Made by a program: the position numbers and the translations under genes
NCBI GenBank assembly: GCA_945787615.1
Contig: CALZJI010000152.1
Coordinates: 1-52,018, forward strand
DNA length: 52,018 bases
From: an uncultured Chromatiaceae bacterium
GTDB taxonomy: Bacteria; Pseudomonadota; Gammaproteobacteria; JAADHS01
Direction of reading: 5' to 3'
Shown: piece by piece, positions 50,420 through 52,018 of the stretch
Numbering within the stretch: the first letter of the stretch is position 1
How the letters are laid out: every line of letters starts with the position of its first letter
Notes under the pieces: generated by a model
The model's database searches: none
What the model saw: the letters and a program-made list of their open reading frames with translations, nothing else
Told to the model about the DNA's origin: nothing

Positions 50420-50823
50420 GGGCTCGCTTCAAAATTACTTCGTATTTTTGGGTATTGAGGCGCTCGCCTGGCAACGCTTCCGCGTCCTCGATTGCCGTTC
50501 CCGACGCAATTCTACCACCTACGGTCACTTCGGGCTCCTGCCCTCTCGTGACACTAGCGCATCCATGTGCGTCGTCCGTGCAGTCGTGCTCACGCCCCTT
50601 GCCTACGTCCCTGTAGGCAAAGCTTCCGCGTCCTCGGCAACTGCGTCCTGCGTTGCCCTACCACCTACGGTCACTTCGGGCTCCTGCCCTCTCATGACAC
50701 TAGCGCATCCATGTGCGTCGTCCCTGTAGGCGTGCTCTCGCCCCTTACCTACGTCCCTGTAGGCAACGCAGCCGGGCGAGAGGGATCGACGTCCAAAAAG
50801 TGAATTAATTTTGACGCGAGCCC
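50420..50823 (-). mobile_element. MITE-like element family C, copy 2, with 146-bp internal tandem duplication
   Basis: Reverse complement of 36071-36327 plus duplicated unit (50470-50615, 50616-50761); ends GGGCTCGCTTCAAAATT / AATTTTGACGCGAGCCC; flanks TTA and TAA. Confidence 0.87.
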
Positions 50824-50969
50824 TAAGTGCGGCGGCGAGAGTTAGAACGTAAGGTAGCAGAGACATCGCTCACGAACGCGATGAACCTCGTGGTACGCGT
50901 GCGGTCGAAGATTAGAAAGGTCTCCACGAATATTGAAAAACGCTAATGTAAGCATAGCCGAGCGATTCT

Positions 50970-51407
50970 ATGGCGAAAACACAGCTTCTCGCGGTTGCAC
51001 TTTTTACACTATGCATAACGTCGTCCCTAGCAGATGTCGCGAGAGACAATTTAAAGTTAGAACTCAAGCAGAAAGAGGCGAGTATTGAACAGAAAAATCA
51101 ACAGCAAATAGAGAAAATACGAACCGATCCGGCTACGCTCCCTGATAAGCAGCAACTCGATAATGAGCAGCAGCGAGAGCGCTTAGAACAACAAAGACTC
51201 GAGGAAAGCCAACTCAAGGAACGCACCGGGTTACGATTAAGGTTGAAAAGTGATCGTGACATCGACGCAGCCTCGAAACTCAATCAACAACAACTCAAAT
51301 TCGAAACGCAGCAACAACGACAACTATTAGAGTTTCGCATGAATCAACAGATTCGATCGACGCAGCCAACAACAGGAATTCCGAGCGTATCAGAAAGTTT
51401 AGACTGA
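50970..51407 (+). CDS. Secreted Gln/Glu-rich helical hypothetical protein
   Basis: Signal peptide (SLA-D), Q/E/K/R-rich coiled-coil-like body. Confidence 0.7.
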   Translation: MAKTQLLAVALFTLCITSSLADVARDNLKLELKQKEASIEQKNQQQIEKIRTDPATLPDKQQLDNEQQRERLEQQRLEESQLKERTGLRLRLKSDRDIDAASKLNQQQLKFETQQQRQLLEFRMNQQIRSTQPTTGIPSVSESLD

Positions 51408-51713
51408 CCTTGGTAGCAAGCCGAAACTTTAGTGTAAGGAATCCAGGATCCTTAAGACGCTTCTTTCTAGGTGAAAACGATTAGAAACTCTACTTTTTTC
51501 AATATGATACGCCCGTAGATAACGGAGTATCTATCGGAACTAGCGCTACGCCGTAAGGACCGTGGTGCAGCCGTAGGGCGTGGTAATGGGTCTCTGTAGT
51601 CGGATACTGGTCCGCATGACTCACCAATGTTCCCAGCAATTTCTACGCGATCGCTCCTGCTTTAGCCAATCGCCCACATCCACGTAGGCCCGCATTGCTC
51701 TACCGGCAGTCAC

Positions 51714-51743
51714 TTTGGGCTTCATCCCGCTCACCCACCCCTC
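51714..51743 (-). repeat. Degenerate REP-like palindrome
   Basis: TTTGGGCTTCATCCCGCTCACCCACCCCTC loosely aligns with the REP-like unit at 172-201. Confidence 0.35.
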
Positions 51744-51760
51744 TGTGCTCCGTGGCTTAA

Positions 51761-51920
51761 GGGCCGCGGAAATAAATAATTGTCCAAATATTGCGCCGGA
51801 TTTTGGCTCAGATTCAAGGCGCGGCAAGGGGCGCATAATCGCTTTATGTAACCCTTGCCGCAACACAGAAGCTGGGCCAAAAGACACGCAAGATTGTATG
51901 ATTATTTGTTTCCGCGGCCC
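51761..51920. mobile_element. MITE-like element family A, copy 4
   Basis: 160 bp, TIRs GGGCCGCGGAAATAAATAAT / ATTATTTGTTTCCGCGGCCC, TAA on both sides. Confidence 0.88.
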
Positions 51921-51923
51921 TAA

Positions 51924-52018
51924 GGGCTCGCGAAAAAATAACTTCGTATTTTTCGCGCCCAGATTTGGGTCAGATTTGGACAATCCGATTGAGCAAAACC
52001 GCAGGACTAGCCCGGCTA
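51924..52018. mobile_element. MITE-like element family B, copy 2 (truncated by window end)
   Basis: About 6 differences over 95 bp from the start of B copy 1 (18855 onward); again directly after family A plus TAA. Confidence 0.85.

Noticed and set aside
50470-50761. Possible CRISPR array
   Set aside because: Two long tandem units with no unique spacers and no cas genes.
50448-50866. ORFs with repeated Cys-containing peptides (also 36091-36300)
   Set aside because: Read-through of family C and its 146-bp duplication, which is not a multiple of 3; conservation is at the hairpin level.
51560-51700. KQERSRRNCWEHW on the minus strand resembling the RAYT WQxxFWEH motif beside a degenerate REP
   Set aside because: Match is too short, is followed by a stop, and no HUH motif is visible; needs a tBLASTn/HMM test.

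Overview
Gammaproteobacterial chromosomal segment, mostly core genes. Minus strand: yceD-rpmF-plsX-fabH-fabD-fabG-acpP-fabF-pabB-pabC-mltG-tmk-holB-pilZ-tatD. Plus strand: two-subunit pyruvate carboxylase, ridA-recG-ubiC-ubiA, yrbG-kdsD-kdsC-lptCAB-rpoN-hpf-ptsN-hprK-rapZ-EIIA(Man)-HPr-EI-mgtE, a GldA/F/G-like ABC system and mutM. Three things stand out. (1) The intergenic DNA holds at least five families of ~160-400 bp non-coding palindromic elements with terminal inverted repeats and TWA/TTAG flanks (MITE-like), often stacked end to end. One family (C) carries an array of hairpins with ANGGA/AGGA loops, the CsrA/RsmA-binding signature, and in one copy the array is tandemly duplicated. (2) A redox cluster: diheme c4-like cytochrome, membrane monoheme cytochrome c, a stand-alone 4-TM unit of a heme-copper oxidase subunit I, a CxxC thioredoxin-like lipoprotein and a membrane protein. 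(3) The 1.6 kb AT-rich gap upstream of that cluster hides three tiny ORFs with strong Shine-Dalgarno sites. All calls are by eye from sequence and motif recognition; no searches or folding programs were run.
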